From Pelomyxa schiedti (taxonomy: Eukaryota > Protista > Evosea), in the NCBI GenBank assembly GCA_020536535.1, contig JAHLWZ010000191.1:1-64000 (forward strand): a stretch of 64,000 nucleotides of DNA, written 5' to 3'. Positions 1 through 11,702 of the stretch are shown here, in pieces. Each line of letters begins with the position of its first letter. Position 1 is the first letter of the stretch. The position numbers were made by a program, and so were the translations under genes. Below the pieces are notes generated by a model, which was given only the letters and a program-made list of their open reading frames with translations, was not told the DNA's origin and ran no database searches.

Positions 1-565
1 TTTTTTTTTGTTTTCATTGATTTTTGCTTTGTTTGTTTGCTTGCTTACTCTTTTTTTTTTCCCTTGGCTTAGCACTAGCACCTGCTGGTAAAGAGGCTAT
101 GATGAGAGCAGGACTCAAGATAACAGAGCACATGATTGCACAACGTAAAAAACCTGCCTTTTCATCCCCCAAATACACGAAATACACTAATCCTTGATTG
201 ATAATATTATAGACCCAACAAACCCCACATCCCACAAGTGGTATGCGGTGCTCCTGGCCTCAATGGCATGCCTCTCTTTCTTCAATATGAATTCTAATCT
301 GTTGCGGATTAGGGTGATTTCCTGTCCACGAAAGAGAGAATACAATCTTCTTTTACTATAAAGGAGCACGCTCTGGAGGCTGCTAAAGGTCTACCCACGG
401 ACTCTACCGTCCGCCATCTCCTCGGGAGGTGGTGCTTCAACGTTGCCGGGTTTGTTTAGAGCTATCCTTTCAATCACTTACATTCGATATCAAAAGAATT
501 GGGTGGACTGAGAGAGCTGTAGCGAGTGCGTTGTTTGCGTCACCACCATCTTCCAGCTACCAGGA
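1..565 (+). repeat. Partial second copy of the RMDN1 gene (matches 1548-2112), truncated by the window start and an N gap
   Basis: Near-identical to 1548-2112. The exonic differences I found are synonymous (TCA/TCT, GAG/GAA, GTT/GTC); the others lie in introns. Tandem paralog or uncollapsed haplotype. Confidence 0.85.
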
Positions 566-665
566 NNNNNNNNNNNNNNNNNNNNNNNNNNNNNNNNNNN
601 NNNNNNNNNNNNNNNNNNNNNNNNNNNNNNNNNNNNNNNNNNNNNNNNNNNNNNNNNNNNNNNNN

Positions 666-786
666 AATGGGCTGACGGCAGGCATGTTAATTTCACTGCG
701 GTACAAAGCGACCACCTTTGCTGCTCAAGGAAAATTTCACTGCGCCCAAAGCGACCACTTTTGCTGCTCAAGGAAAATTTCACGGC
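666..786. repeat. 121-bp direct repeat, copy 1, with an internal ~43-bp tandem subrepeat
   Basis: AATGGGCTGACGGCAGG...AATTTCACGGC matches 978-1098. It contains about 2.3 copies of AATTTCACTGCG..CAAAGCGACCAC(C/T)TTTGCTGCTCAAGGA. Confidence 0.9.
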
Positions 787-875
787 GACCAACAGTGATC
801 AAATGTCCAGCAAGTCCGAAAGCCAAAACCAAAAATAATATAACATCAGCCATACCTCTACTTACCTGGAGCCAG

Positions 876-947
876 GGTGCTGTGGCTCAGCTGTCCATGG
901 CGTTGCCTCCATGCCAGGAGGTTGCAGGTTCAAAAGCAGTAGTGCTC
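876..947 (+). pseudogene. Degenerate tRNA-like sequence (tRNA pseudogene or SINE head)
   Basis: 72 nt with GGTGCTG/TAGTGCT acceptor-like pairing, A-box-like TGGCTCAGCTG, B-box-like GGTTCAAA and downstream T5 runs. The T-stem and anticodon arm are non-canonical. Confidence 0.45.
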
Positions 948-977
948 ATCCTAACTTTTTGGCGAACCTTTTTGGCG

Positions 978-1098
978 AATGGGCTGACGGCAGGCATGTT
1001 AATTTCACTGCGGTACAAAGCGACCACCTTTGCTGCTCAAGGAAAATTTCACTGCGCCCAAAGCGACCACTTTTGCTGCTCAAGGAAAATTTCACGGC
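978..1098. repeat. 121-bp direct repeat, copy 2
   Basis: Matches 666-786 and lies just downstream of the tRNA-like sequence. Confidence 0.9.
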
Positions 1099-1345
1099 AA
1101 CTAACAAAAAACCGAAAAGGCAACTCTTGGGCAAGGGCAAGGCGGAACTGGTGTAGCTCCAGCCAAGTTGTAGGAACCTCTTGAGTTGAGACAAAGTTCC
1201 GACAGGGAGTGTGTTAACCCTTCTTTTTTGCACTCAAGGAGTTCTCCACCTCATTCCCCATGCCCCAAACCTAGGATCTTGATTGATCGATCTACTGCTG
1301 TCCTTCTAAATCACACAAAGAAAAAAGAAACCAGAGTACAAAGCG

Positions 1346-2371
1346 ATGGCCACGGCGGCAGCGACGAGCACGAGCACGAGCACGGGCGGGGACGGGGGCG
1401 TGGTGGCCGAGTCGGAGAGGCTGCGAGACCAGCTCAAGTACCACGACGTGCATGCGCTGTTGGACTCCCAGCCAAACAAGATGGACGACTTTGAGATCAC
1501 CTGGAGGCTCGCTCGCGCTCACTTCGACTACTCTGAAAGTATGTTGTTTTTTTTTTTGTTTTGCATTGATTTTTGCTTTGTTTGTTTGCTTGCTTACTCT
1601 TTTTTTTTCCCTTGGATTAGCACTAGCACCTGCTGGTAAAGAGGCTATGATGAGAGCAGGACTCAAGATAACAGAGCACATGATTGCACAACGTAAAAAA
1701 CTGCCTTTTCATCCCCCAAATACCCGAAATACACTAATCCTTGATTGATAATATTATAGACCCAACAAACCCCACATCCCACAAGTGGTATGCGGTGCTC
1801 CTGGCCTCTATGGCATGCCTCTCCTTCTTCAATATGAATTCTAATCTGTTGCGGATTAGGGTGATTTCCTGTCCACGAAAGAGAGAATACAATCTTCTTT
1901 TACTATAAAGGAGCACGCTCTGGAAGCTGCTAAAGGTCTACCCACGGACTCTACCGTCCGCCATCTCCTCGGGAGGTGGTGCTTCAACGTCGCCGGGTTT
2001 GTTTAGAGCTATCCTTTCAATCACTTACATTCGATATCAAAAGAATTGGGTGGACTGAGAGAGCTGTAGCGAGTGCGTTGTTTGCGTCACCACCATCTTC
2101 CAGCTACCAGGAGGCCTTGTCCTTCTTCAGAGAAGCTGAGAAACTTGAAAAGCCCTTCCCCAGGAATGACTTGTTCATTGCGGAAACGCTTTACCTCATT
2201 GGACAACGCGCAGAAGCCCGCACCATCTACCAACAAGTACGGTTTCCTCCCTCCTCTATACAGTACATACATCTCATTCTTCCGCAGCTGTCCCACATGG
2301 ATGCTCGCACTCCCACCGAAACGGATGTCAAAAAGAAAGCCACAGAAGCTCTCTCCGGCAAACGCTTTTGA
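1346..2371 (+). CDS. RMDN1: Regulator of microtubule dynamics protein 1-like (TPR-like), multi-exon
   Basis: Spliced motifs WRLARA, HKWYAVLLASMGDF, KEHALEA, HLLGRWCFNVA, GWTERAVASALFASPPSSSYQEAL match the RMD/FAM82 family. Confidence 0.85.
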
Positions 2372-2628
2372 CACAACCACCCACAATTTACCACTCCCAC
2401 CACAAAACCCACATCCACTCCACATCCACCGCCACAGCACAGCACACACAATGTAATACACACAAGAGCACATCGTCCCCCCCATAATCACATCGACACC
2501 CCCACCCAACATTTGGGGTTTGTCTCACGCTACAGCACCCGACTTTTCGACAGATCAATCAAATGACAAGAAAACAAAAAGGAAAAAACCAAAATCGATC
2601 AAAACAAACAAACAAAACCAAGGGGGCG

Positions 2629-4616
2629 ATGCGTACATCAGCGGGCGGGGCGTCGTCGTCGTCGTCGTTGCGGCGCAGTGGTACTAGTACGGTGACGGGG
2701 GGGTGCACGGTCACCACGCAGAAGGCGCTGGACAACCTGGCCGAGGAGGCCACCACCCTGGCCGACCAGCTGGGCGCCCTCGTCCGCCGCCTCGACGAGA
2801 GGGACGGCCCCGTGGCCGACGTAGACGTAGACGTCGACGTAGTGGGGGCAGAGGGGACAGAGGGGGCCACGACCACGACCGCCGCGGCCAAGGCACCACG
2901 CGCCGCCTCCACCACCACCACCGGCACCAGCACCACCAGCACTACTAGTAATAGTGGGATGTCAGATGAAGTGAGGGATGACAACCCCTACAGGTGCCTG
3001 CCCCTGCCCCCGCCCCCCTCCTTGTATATATATACATATATATTATATTGTATTATATTATATTGGGGGTGTTGGTTGGTTGTATTGTTAGTGGCGATAA
3101 ATGAGGCTGGGTGGCTTGTGTGATGAAATGTGAGTGAATGTGCTAGAACAACAAATCCAACCAACTAACAACAATATGTACTACACATTGGCATTAAATA
3201 TATTATACTTTTTTGAACGCATTGAAGCTAACTCTCTTATAGTCGACTTATGGCCCTAAAGAGAATGGGTATTGTGAAAGAATATGAGGCATGGCCGCAA
3301 TCCTTAATTTCTTTATTTAATTATCTGGAAAATCTTGCAGAAAATTCGGGATTGCAGTGTGGCAATCGTTGGATTGGGCGGTGTTGGCAGTGTTTGTGCT
3401 GAAATGCTTGTCCGTTGTGGGATTGGAAAATTATTGCTGTTTGACTATGACACTGTTCAGCTGGCTAATATGAACAGACTATTTTTCCGTCCAATTCATG
3501 TTGGTTTAACAAAAACTGAGGTACTTTGGTGAATCGTTTATCAGTCAGAACCTCATCCCACATAGGCCGCTTCAGTAACCCTCCGTGAGATAAACCCTGA
3601 TGTAGTAACAGTGCCTTACACATACAACATCACAACTGTTTCGAATTACCAAAAGTTCGTTGCCAGTATCAGCAGGGGTGGTCAAAAACCCGGCACACCA
3701 GTGGATCTAGTATTGTCCTGTGTGGACAACTATGAAGCAAGAATAACAATCAATCAAGTAACCTTTCTTTGCGCATTTTGTTGTTAAATTTTATCAGGCT
3801 TGCAATGAGTGCAATATTGTGTGGATGGAATCTGGTGTAAGTGAAAACGCACTATCTGGCCATATTCAACTTATGGTACCTGGCAAAACAGCGTGCTTCC
3901 AGTGTGCCCCTCCATTGATTGTTGCAAGTGAAATAAGTGAGAAAACCTTGAAGCGCGATGGTGTTTGTGCAGCCTCTCTCCCTACAACAATGACCATTGT
4001 TGCTGGAATGCTTGCTCAGAACACACTCAAGTAATCTATTTAATGTAATTCCATTAGTTCATATTGTAAACAGGTACCTGCTTCATTTTGGCCAAGTGTC
4101 TCATCTCTTGGGATATAACGCTTTTTGTGACTTCTTCCCACGTGATACCATCAAGCCAAATCCCGAGGTAGCTACATTCCTAAATTACTTTGCGCCTTTT
4201 CACTGTCACAGTGTCCAAATCATTTATGCAGGCAACATCAACTACGCTTCCAGGTGACATGATTCACCTTTTTCTTACTTTTTAATGTATTACCAGGAAG
4301 AGCAGAAGAACAACCCACAAGAGGAGGTTGTGGAGACTCCCAAAAAAGCTGTTCATGAAGATACAACCTGGGATATCGAGTTGGTGGACAGTGATCATGA
4401 AGAGCCACCCCAGCAAGCGGGTGTAGTTCCTGGAATGACGTTTGAGTACGATGCTAACAATCCAACTGAGGAACAGGAGGTATCCTAGGGAAATGCGAAA
4501 AAAAATTCCTAACATGTTAACAGAAGCAGAGATTTAAACATGTTGAGCTCTGTGAAGATCTCAACGTTGACGCACTGGCCCAACAATTAAAAGCTTTACA
4601 ATCAGATTCCAGTTAA
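2629..4616 (+). CDS. UBA5: UFM1-activating E1 enzyme (short form; alternative upstream ATG at 2563)
   Basis: [58 protein letters not shown] (catalytic Cys), WDIELV UFM1-binding motif, and a C-terminal [11 protein letters not shown] helix. Confidence 0.95.
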
Positions 4617-4655
4617 GCAAAAAACCTGCATAATTCTCATCTCACTGAAATTAAG

Positions 4656-5536
4656 GCAAAAAAGAACAGGAAATCATCACTGGAACTTCTTTCTCTGCCA
4701 TTGATCAAGAACCTGAAACTTCACCCACAGTCCCACACCACATCTTAAGCCCAGATCCAGTTCCAGATGAGCCGGAAAGCCTATCCCCACAGCCAGAAAC
4801 AACTTCACAGCTGGTTCCAGAACCCACCCCATTATTCCCGGAACCTACTCTAAATGAACAACCGGAACATCATATTCCCAAGCCGGTTGAAGTGATTCCG
4901 GAACCAGTTGCTGAGCCGATTCCGGAAGCAACTCCTGAACACATTCCCGAGCCAATTCCAGAACCAGTTGCCGAGCCGATTCCGGAACCAACTCCTGAAC
5001 CAGAACCGGTGCCCATCTCTGAACCGGCACCCATCCAGGAGGAGCCTGCGGTTCATTTAATCCCCGAACCTGAAGCAAAACCTGTGCTGGAATCAGTTCC
5101 GGTAACAAACCCTCTTGCCCCAGTGCCCACCTCCATCGACAACAATGACTCCTTTGAAAGCCCCCTTGCACTGCCCCCACCACTTCCTCTAGATATCCCT
5201 CATCATACCCCTTCACAAATCCCACCAGAAGTAAAGGCCTCAACAACAGCCACAGTACAACAATCACCCCCGGCAGTTGCACAACCAGAGGCTCCAAAAT
5301 TGCCCATAGTGACAATAGATAATGATGAGGAATGGATGAAACCACCCCCAATTCCCGAGAGTACCTCCTCCACAAAGCCTTCTTCCTCATCAAAATCATT
5401 CCTGGAGGAGGATTTCATGACACTGCCATCATCCAGCAATGCTCCAAAGGAATCAGCTTCCTCAGGTGCAGGACTATTCAGTGATGATGAAGACGACGGA
5501 TTTGCCAAGACCAAGTACAAATCCCTATTTGACTAG
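4656..5536 (+). CDS. Pro/Glu-rich (PEP repeat) exon, probably a spliced C-terminal extension of UBA5
   Basis: Frame open from 4658 to TAG at 5536 with no ATG until near its end. A GT..AG intron at 4612-4655 with a CTCAC branch site joins it in frame to UBA5. Confidence 0.6.
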
Positions 5537-5594
5537 AAACCTTGAAATAAGAAGATTTACCTTTTGGGAATAAACTTCACTTTCTTTTTTTACT

Positions 5595-7404
5595 TTATGA
5601 GGATCCAGTGTTAGCAGGAGTTTCAGTTGTTGTAGAAGAGGGAGTGGTAGTGACAGGGGGTGTTGCTGTTGGTGGTGTTGTCACAGCCGGTGTGGTTTTT
5701 GCTGGTCTTTTCTTTTGCAGGAAAGAGAACCGGTTGGCTGCTTTGGCTGCATTGATGGCCATCTGTGTATGAAGGTTAGGTGGTGTTGTGGTTAATATGA
5801 ATATTAGAGGAATTGATGTTTGTGAAATTAATTGAAGGTTTATGGCACACCTTCCAATGACGCTTGGCATTGAACTTGCGGAGTTCTGTGAGAGCACCAA
5901 CCATTTGTCCGTCAGTGGGAGCAGTTGTCTGTAGAGATTTTATTTAGTTCGGTTGCTGTGCGGAAGGAATTTGGTAGTTACCGTGAACCACGGGTGCGCA
6001 AGAATGTCGGGAATGGAAATTCTTTTGTAGGGGTCTATGGTGAGTATTTTAGCTATCAAATCCTTGGCTTCCTAGAAAGGATGAATGTTGTAGCCGCAAA
6101 AGCGCGGTCTGCTTACAGCACTCAAAGTCCAATCAGATAAGTCATATTTTCCGGCTAATGTGAGATCAAAAGAGTCATCATCATCATCTGCATAAAACGG
6201 GGGGCAACCGGTAAGGCTTGTAGTTTAGTTAGTTTCAGTGCAGGTTAATGTCATTCTTGGCCTACAGAATAATCATGATGACACCCATTGACCATATGTC
6301 AACCTCCTTTCCATACACAGAGTAAGGTGAATCCAGGGTGATTAAAACCTCAGGTGCTGCAGGGTTTATTAATTAAATATCGACGCGATTCAGGTATATA
6401 TACCGATGTAGCCAGGAGTTCCTACAGGCTTCGTCATGGCCCTAACATCTCGGGCACTGCAGGCGAGACCCTGAGAAATCTTAGAAGCCGCGAACCAAGA
6501 AAAAGCTTACAAAATCTGCAAGTTTCAGTGTCGGGTGGTCAGATTTGTCAGATAAGAGTAGGTTCTCAGGCTATTATGCATTAGTTCCCACATTATATGG
6601 TATGAAATATACTTTGATATCACGGTGAGCAATATTCTTGTCGTGCATATGCTTTGATGTAGAGTCAGATTTTGTTAGAAGACCCATTTCGAGCTACCTG
6701 CAATGCCACACAGAGCTGCCGCATGATAGCTTTAGCATCATCTTCCGTGTAGGTTGTGCGTTCAACGATTTGGTCAAACAATTCACCTTGTTGGCAGTTG
6801 AACCAAAAGTCAATTTAATGTACATCAATACCACCAACTACCCTACATTAAGTTAGAGATTCGCAGTCAAAGATGGGAGTTATACAGTTCTTGCACAATG
6901 TAATAAGACGCAGGAGACTCAAAAGTTTCTCTCAGGAAAACAACTGTTTGGTGCGTAAACAGATTGTGTTTGATGGAAATGACCATGCACCATTAGGGTG
7001 ATTGAGTTCAGACCAACACTCTATTTCATTATCCAGGGAGGCCTTCTTCTTTGCGGCATTTACTTTGGAATCTCCAGCTTTAGTTATTATCTACTCAAAG
7101 GTTAGGTCGCTCTGTAGAGAAAAGAATCTGACTAACCTTTACAGCCCACTTTGTACTATCCCTCTTGTCAGTGCACCCCTTAACAACAGCAAAGGAACCT
7201 CTATTTTTACTCAGTTATCGAAAGTGAAATAAAACATGGTAGTAGTGGTATGAATTTTTTTATTTGTTAACTAGTGAAACAACGAACAATTTGTAATTTA
7301 TAAAATAATAACGAAATCATGAACCTTCCGAGCTCTTCGTTGATGTCGTAAAAGGTCTCAATAACTCCCGGATTAAATTTACTATTACCAGACGTCGCTG
7401 ACAT
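5595..7404 (-). CDS. CAMK-group Ser/Thr protein kinase, multi-exon
   Basis: MSATSG..YDINEELGRGSFAVVKGC..WAVK N-lobe, and a C-terminal basic helix (AINAAKAANRFSFLQKK) resembling a CaMK1 regulatory segment. Confidence 0.8.
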
Positions 7405-7652
7405 GGCTAAATCAACCACAAATGCCCCTAGAAAAATAAATACTGTTGTGTTGGTGTTGCTGTGTGTGCCTTGTTACTTGATTTTTTCCGGAATTTACGA
7501 AAAGTCGAAAAAACGGACGTTTGTGTTTCGTGAATAGGGAACGGGTTGAGAGTAGGAGTATAGTTCAGGAAGGGGTACGATGTTAAGTGTTTGCGTTGAG
7601 GTGTTGAGTAGAGTATAGGAGCATAGTTCAGGAAGTGATGGTGATTGTGAGT

Positions 7653-9090
7653 CTATGAGGTGTGAAGGGGATAAGTTTGGTTGGGGTTTTGCATTGATGC
7701 GGTGTCTGCTAGGGTGTATATGTAGAGGTTTCCGTTGGCACAGGCAACGTACAACAGTGTGTTATCGGAGTTTATCCCGCATAGCGTTGCAATTGCTGTT
7801 ACCGGCAGCCGGGCGTTGGCATAGCTTCGTTGGTTCTTCCACTGACGTAAAGTTGGTTACAAATTAAGGGTTGCTTATGGAGGTACCATTTCACAAACGG
7901 TTGAGAGGTACGGGACATAAGATGATAAATAGGAGCCCCAGCCTTTTGGGGTAGTTGTTTCTGCAATAGGAACGGTACTTGGATCAGGTATCTTGGTTTC
8001 TCAGTTAGACGAAATATTTATAGCATGAAAAACCTTAAATAAATGTACTGTGCTCGTGTCCGAAGAAACTGCCAGTATTGTGGAATTGAGTGAAAATGCA
8101 ATTGAATAAATAGTTGCCGGGTTTGACCCTCGTCTGAATGACACAATCTGTCTCATGTCTGGAATACTGAATATACGGATTATAGTTCCCTGCAGTACGT
8201 CAATACGAACTGCTTTCAAAGGAAGATTACTTTGCTCGATGCAGTGGCAACCAGTGTTCCCGCACTATTGAAAGCGATAACAACAAGTGGCCCATTATGA
8301 GCCTTGGCAACGGCCACTGGCCTGATTTGATCCACATCAAACACAGCAATTTCACCTGGATTGCGGCCGGGGTAACCAATAAAGCCTCCTGTATCTGGTG
8401 CAGAGGATAATGCACATATCCCTAAAATTGTTGAGCATTCTGCGCGATACGTTATATATAGTAGGATTACCTCTTGGGTTTGGCTCTGTATCGATAGAAT
8501 GCAGAAACTTCATTGTGCCCAAGTCGTACACATGTATTTTTGCTTCTAGTATAATGACCAGTCTCGAATGTAATTAGTGAGTGTGTGAGAATCGAGCAGC
8601 ACTTACCTCTTATTATTTAACCTAACATTGCATATAGGAACTCCAAAGTTGAAATCGCAGAGAGGATGTTGATTGTTTATGTTATAAACAAAAAGTTTTT
8701 CGGATGGTTCATCCTGCGTAATTTGTGCAAGTCAAACCATACTGTGCATATCTATATTCATATATACTATACCATATTTTCAATAAAAAACAGGAAACCT
8801 GCAGCTTCACAGCAACAACAACCAGAGGTGTAGTGTACAACATTTGGCATACAGAAACAGACCCCCCAACTGTCCGGCTGTGCAGAGTCTCGTGTGGTGT
8901 AACATTGAACAATGTGAATCCAACAGTACTCCCAACTGCCACGCACCTTGAAGAAAAACAAAAAAAAGAAAAAAAATTAATCGAGTTTTTTGCACCGGTA
9001 GGTCAGGTTACATTCACTGCAACTAACAACATACGAACAGTCTTGATTGAAATCGATGGCGTTGACGCCACTAACACCCCAGCACTTCAT
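7653..9090 (-). CDS. ATG18: ATG18/WIPI PROPPIN (PI3P-binding WD40 propeller)
   Basis: FNQDCSCVAVGS at the N-terminus, GTIIRIFS, intact SFRRG lipid-binding motif, IYSIAFS..LAVSSDTSTVHLFK. Confidence 0.9.
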
Positions 9091-9405
9091 CACCTCGCAC
9101 AGATCTTTTTTTCTTCCTTGTGTTACTGGAAAAGGTGGTTGCCCGAAAGCAGGAGAGGTTTTACAGAGTCGTTTGCTTTTGTCTGATGGAAGCACATGCA
9201 TTGCAACAATAGTCACATGTCAATCACAGAACAATCAGTCAGAGAAGCCGAGGAGAGAAAGCAACACCCAAAAGTGCGAGGGGTGGGAGGGCGCAACGGG
9301 AGCCCCTCGGTAACTCGTACCCGTTGGTCTATGAGAACATGGTTTGGTTTGATGTAGTTATTGAAGAGTGGCAAGTTGTTTATTGTATGTATTCTTTCGA
9401 CATCA

Positions 9406-11585
9406 TCAGGTGTGAGTTGGTCGTTGTTGTTCCTTCTCCTTCTTGTTTGCGATGACAGTGAGGAGGAGAACAACACCACCAAGGAGGCCAATCAACCCTT
9501 CGACAACGAGAAGGCCAATGGTCACTGCTTGACCAGCATCAACACCACTGGAAGAGGAACCTCCTGGTGATGCCTTGTGTGATGTGAATCCATCATAGTC
9601 ACTCCAGCACTCATAACAATTCCGTGAGAGAACCCCTTGACCATTAGGCTGCACAAAGCAGTCCTCACACATGTTGTCAGTGCACAGGTGCTGAACCTGA
9701 ATCCCTTGGGAAGACCATTCATAATAACCCCAAAGGTTGTTGTCCATGAGAAGGCAGTCAGCATTAGACCAGTATGTGACTGTAAGAGGGTCACCTTCAC
9801 ACACGGGATTGGCCCATGTGGCTGTCCAGGCTGGCCTGAAAATGAAGAAAAGAAGAAATCAAGGCAGTGTCATCACGAGTGGGTTACTTACTTCACAGTA
9901 AACCAGGAACTGAGGTAGTTGCCAAAGGCACTTTTGTTCATGCAAGCAACTCCAAAGTTAGGTCTGGAGCAGGCAATAGTTGGAGTGTAGCTTGAACATA
10001 AGCTATCTGTAGCGTCAGTACAGTATGTAGCCTTGACACTAGTCACATCACCCACGCAGGATGTGTCAGTGAATGTGGCCTCCATGTATACAAAAGAAAA
10101 CTCACAATCATCGCCATCATGGCCACAACCAACAGTGTTACAGTGTGGGTCACAGTGCCGTATGTTGAGAAACCTTCGTTCTGAAAAACTTTCGTCACCG
10201 AAAACTTTCGTTGCTGAAAACTTTGGCGTCTCAGCACCAGGGACGAAAGTTTTGGCACCAGCATTTTCGCGGCGGATAGATCTGTGGATAGATCGAGACG
10301 GATAGAAAATCAAAATATGAGCACCTCCTTGGTTGTCCGTCGGCAACAGCGCACGTTGTTGGATATGTGGTCCGGTCCGGTNNNNNNNNNNNNNNNNNNN
10401 NNNNNNNNNNNNNNNNNNNNNNNNNNNNNNNNNNNNNNNNNNNNNNNNNNNNNNNNNNNNNNNNNNNNNNNNNNNNNNNNNGATACTCTTCCCATGGAAG
10501 TGGAATGGACAATCCCAGCCCCATGCTTCCTCCGCTTTCTGCCACCGATACCTAACCATAGAAAAAGAAATTTTATTTCTATTACTAATTTCTAATCGGC
10601 CTCCGGAGGGGACGATCATTTTGGCCGCGAATCATTTTCGGCAACAAAAGTTTTTGACAACGAAAGTTTTGGGCAACGAAAGTTTTCTGGAACGAAGGTT
10701 TCCCAACATACGGTGGCCATCCCCCAGCTTCGAAACAGGACAGGCCACATCCCCGCAGAATGTGGAATCTGAAGGTAGTAATGAATGACAACAGGAAAAG
10801 CGGTTATACATACGTACCACAATCATTTCCATCCCAATCACAGAGCTCAGTGTAACAGGCAGAATCACAGATTCCGTCGTTGATAGAAGTCTCAAGGCAA
10901 CCACTGCTGCAATATCCAGCAAGTATCTCATCACAGTCTCCACCGTCATAGCTGCAGGCTTCATTGTCACAATAAAAGTTGCAACGGCCATCACCAACAT
11001 CAGACTGTGGACAGCCAGTCGCACAGAAGGCACACCCTGTATCATCTGTGGCAAATCTTCAATCACACGAAGATAGATAGAATGTGAATACACTACACAC
11101 CACAATCACCCATGTCTCTATCACAGTCACTGTTGTCACACTCAATGTTGCAGATTCCATCGCCCCAATCAACCTCCTCACACGTCCAATCACCGCAAGC
11201 ACTCTCACCACAGTCACCGCCGTCATATTGACAGTCGTTTGTCATACACCATGGGTTGCAATATCCATCGTCAATGTCAGACTGCTGGCATCCAGGGTTG
11301 CAAAGGCCTAAGAGTAGCCACACGAAATTAGCCCCCCCAATTTAATACTAATAGCTGATTGAGCAAGGTTAGGGTGTTTTGAAAATCAAACCAACCATAG
11401 CAGTCGCCACCGTCCCACTCGGTGGCCTCGCCGTAGCACTCAATGTCACAATGCCCGTCATTCATGTAGTCCGTCCTGCAGTTTCCAGAATAGCCCTCAT
11501 AAGCATCACTCAAAGTCGGCCCCAGTACTACTACAACGGCAACCCAAACAACAAGCAAACCAAGCCTACAACCCACAACCAACAT
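9406..11585 (-). CDS. LNR (Lin-12/Notch) repeat type-I membrane protein, copy B, with a MITE in an exon
   Basis: Signal peptide and about 6 repeats of the C..GDG.CD..C....C.(W/Y)DGGDC type, then a Cys-rich stalk, TM helix (VTIGLLVVEGLIGLLGGVVLLL) and tail NKKEKEQQRPTHT. Confidence 0.8.
10158..10713. mobile_element. Non-autonomous TIR element (MITE) with a 2-bp TSD (TG on + strand, CA on -)
   Basis: Ends CCGTATGTTG(A/G)GAAACCTTCGTT..., with subterminal AAAACTTTCGT repeats at both ends. Flanks TG at 10156-7 and 10714-5. Removing the element and one TSD restores GAT GGC CAC TGT GAC (DGHCD). Confidence 0.9.
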
Positions 11586-11702
11586 TGCTTTCCCTTTTCG
11601 TTTTTGACTTGGTTTAGGGGAAATCACCTCACGATGGGTGATGCGTTTCTTTGAAAGGTTCTCTTATGTTAGTTTCTGTATACTCTAATACTATAGGGGT
11701 CA

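Noticed and set aside
858-1000. ACTTACCTGG, the U1 snRNA 5' end motif, followed by a possible Sm-like T run
   Set aside because: No U1-70K loop (GATCACGAAG), no convincing U1A loop, and wrong spacing to the Sm site. The downstream sequence fits a degenerate tRNA better.
690-1098. ~43-bp repeats as a CRISPR array
   Set aside because: Repeats are directly abutting with no unique spacers, there are only 2-3 per unit, the context is eukaryotic and no cas genes are present.
4850-4895. Apparent frameshift at the start of the PEP-rich ORF
   Set aside because: On re-reading, the frame is open (AAT GAA CAA CCG GAA); the ORF track simply starts at an internal GTG.
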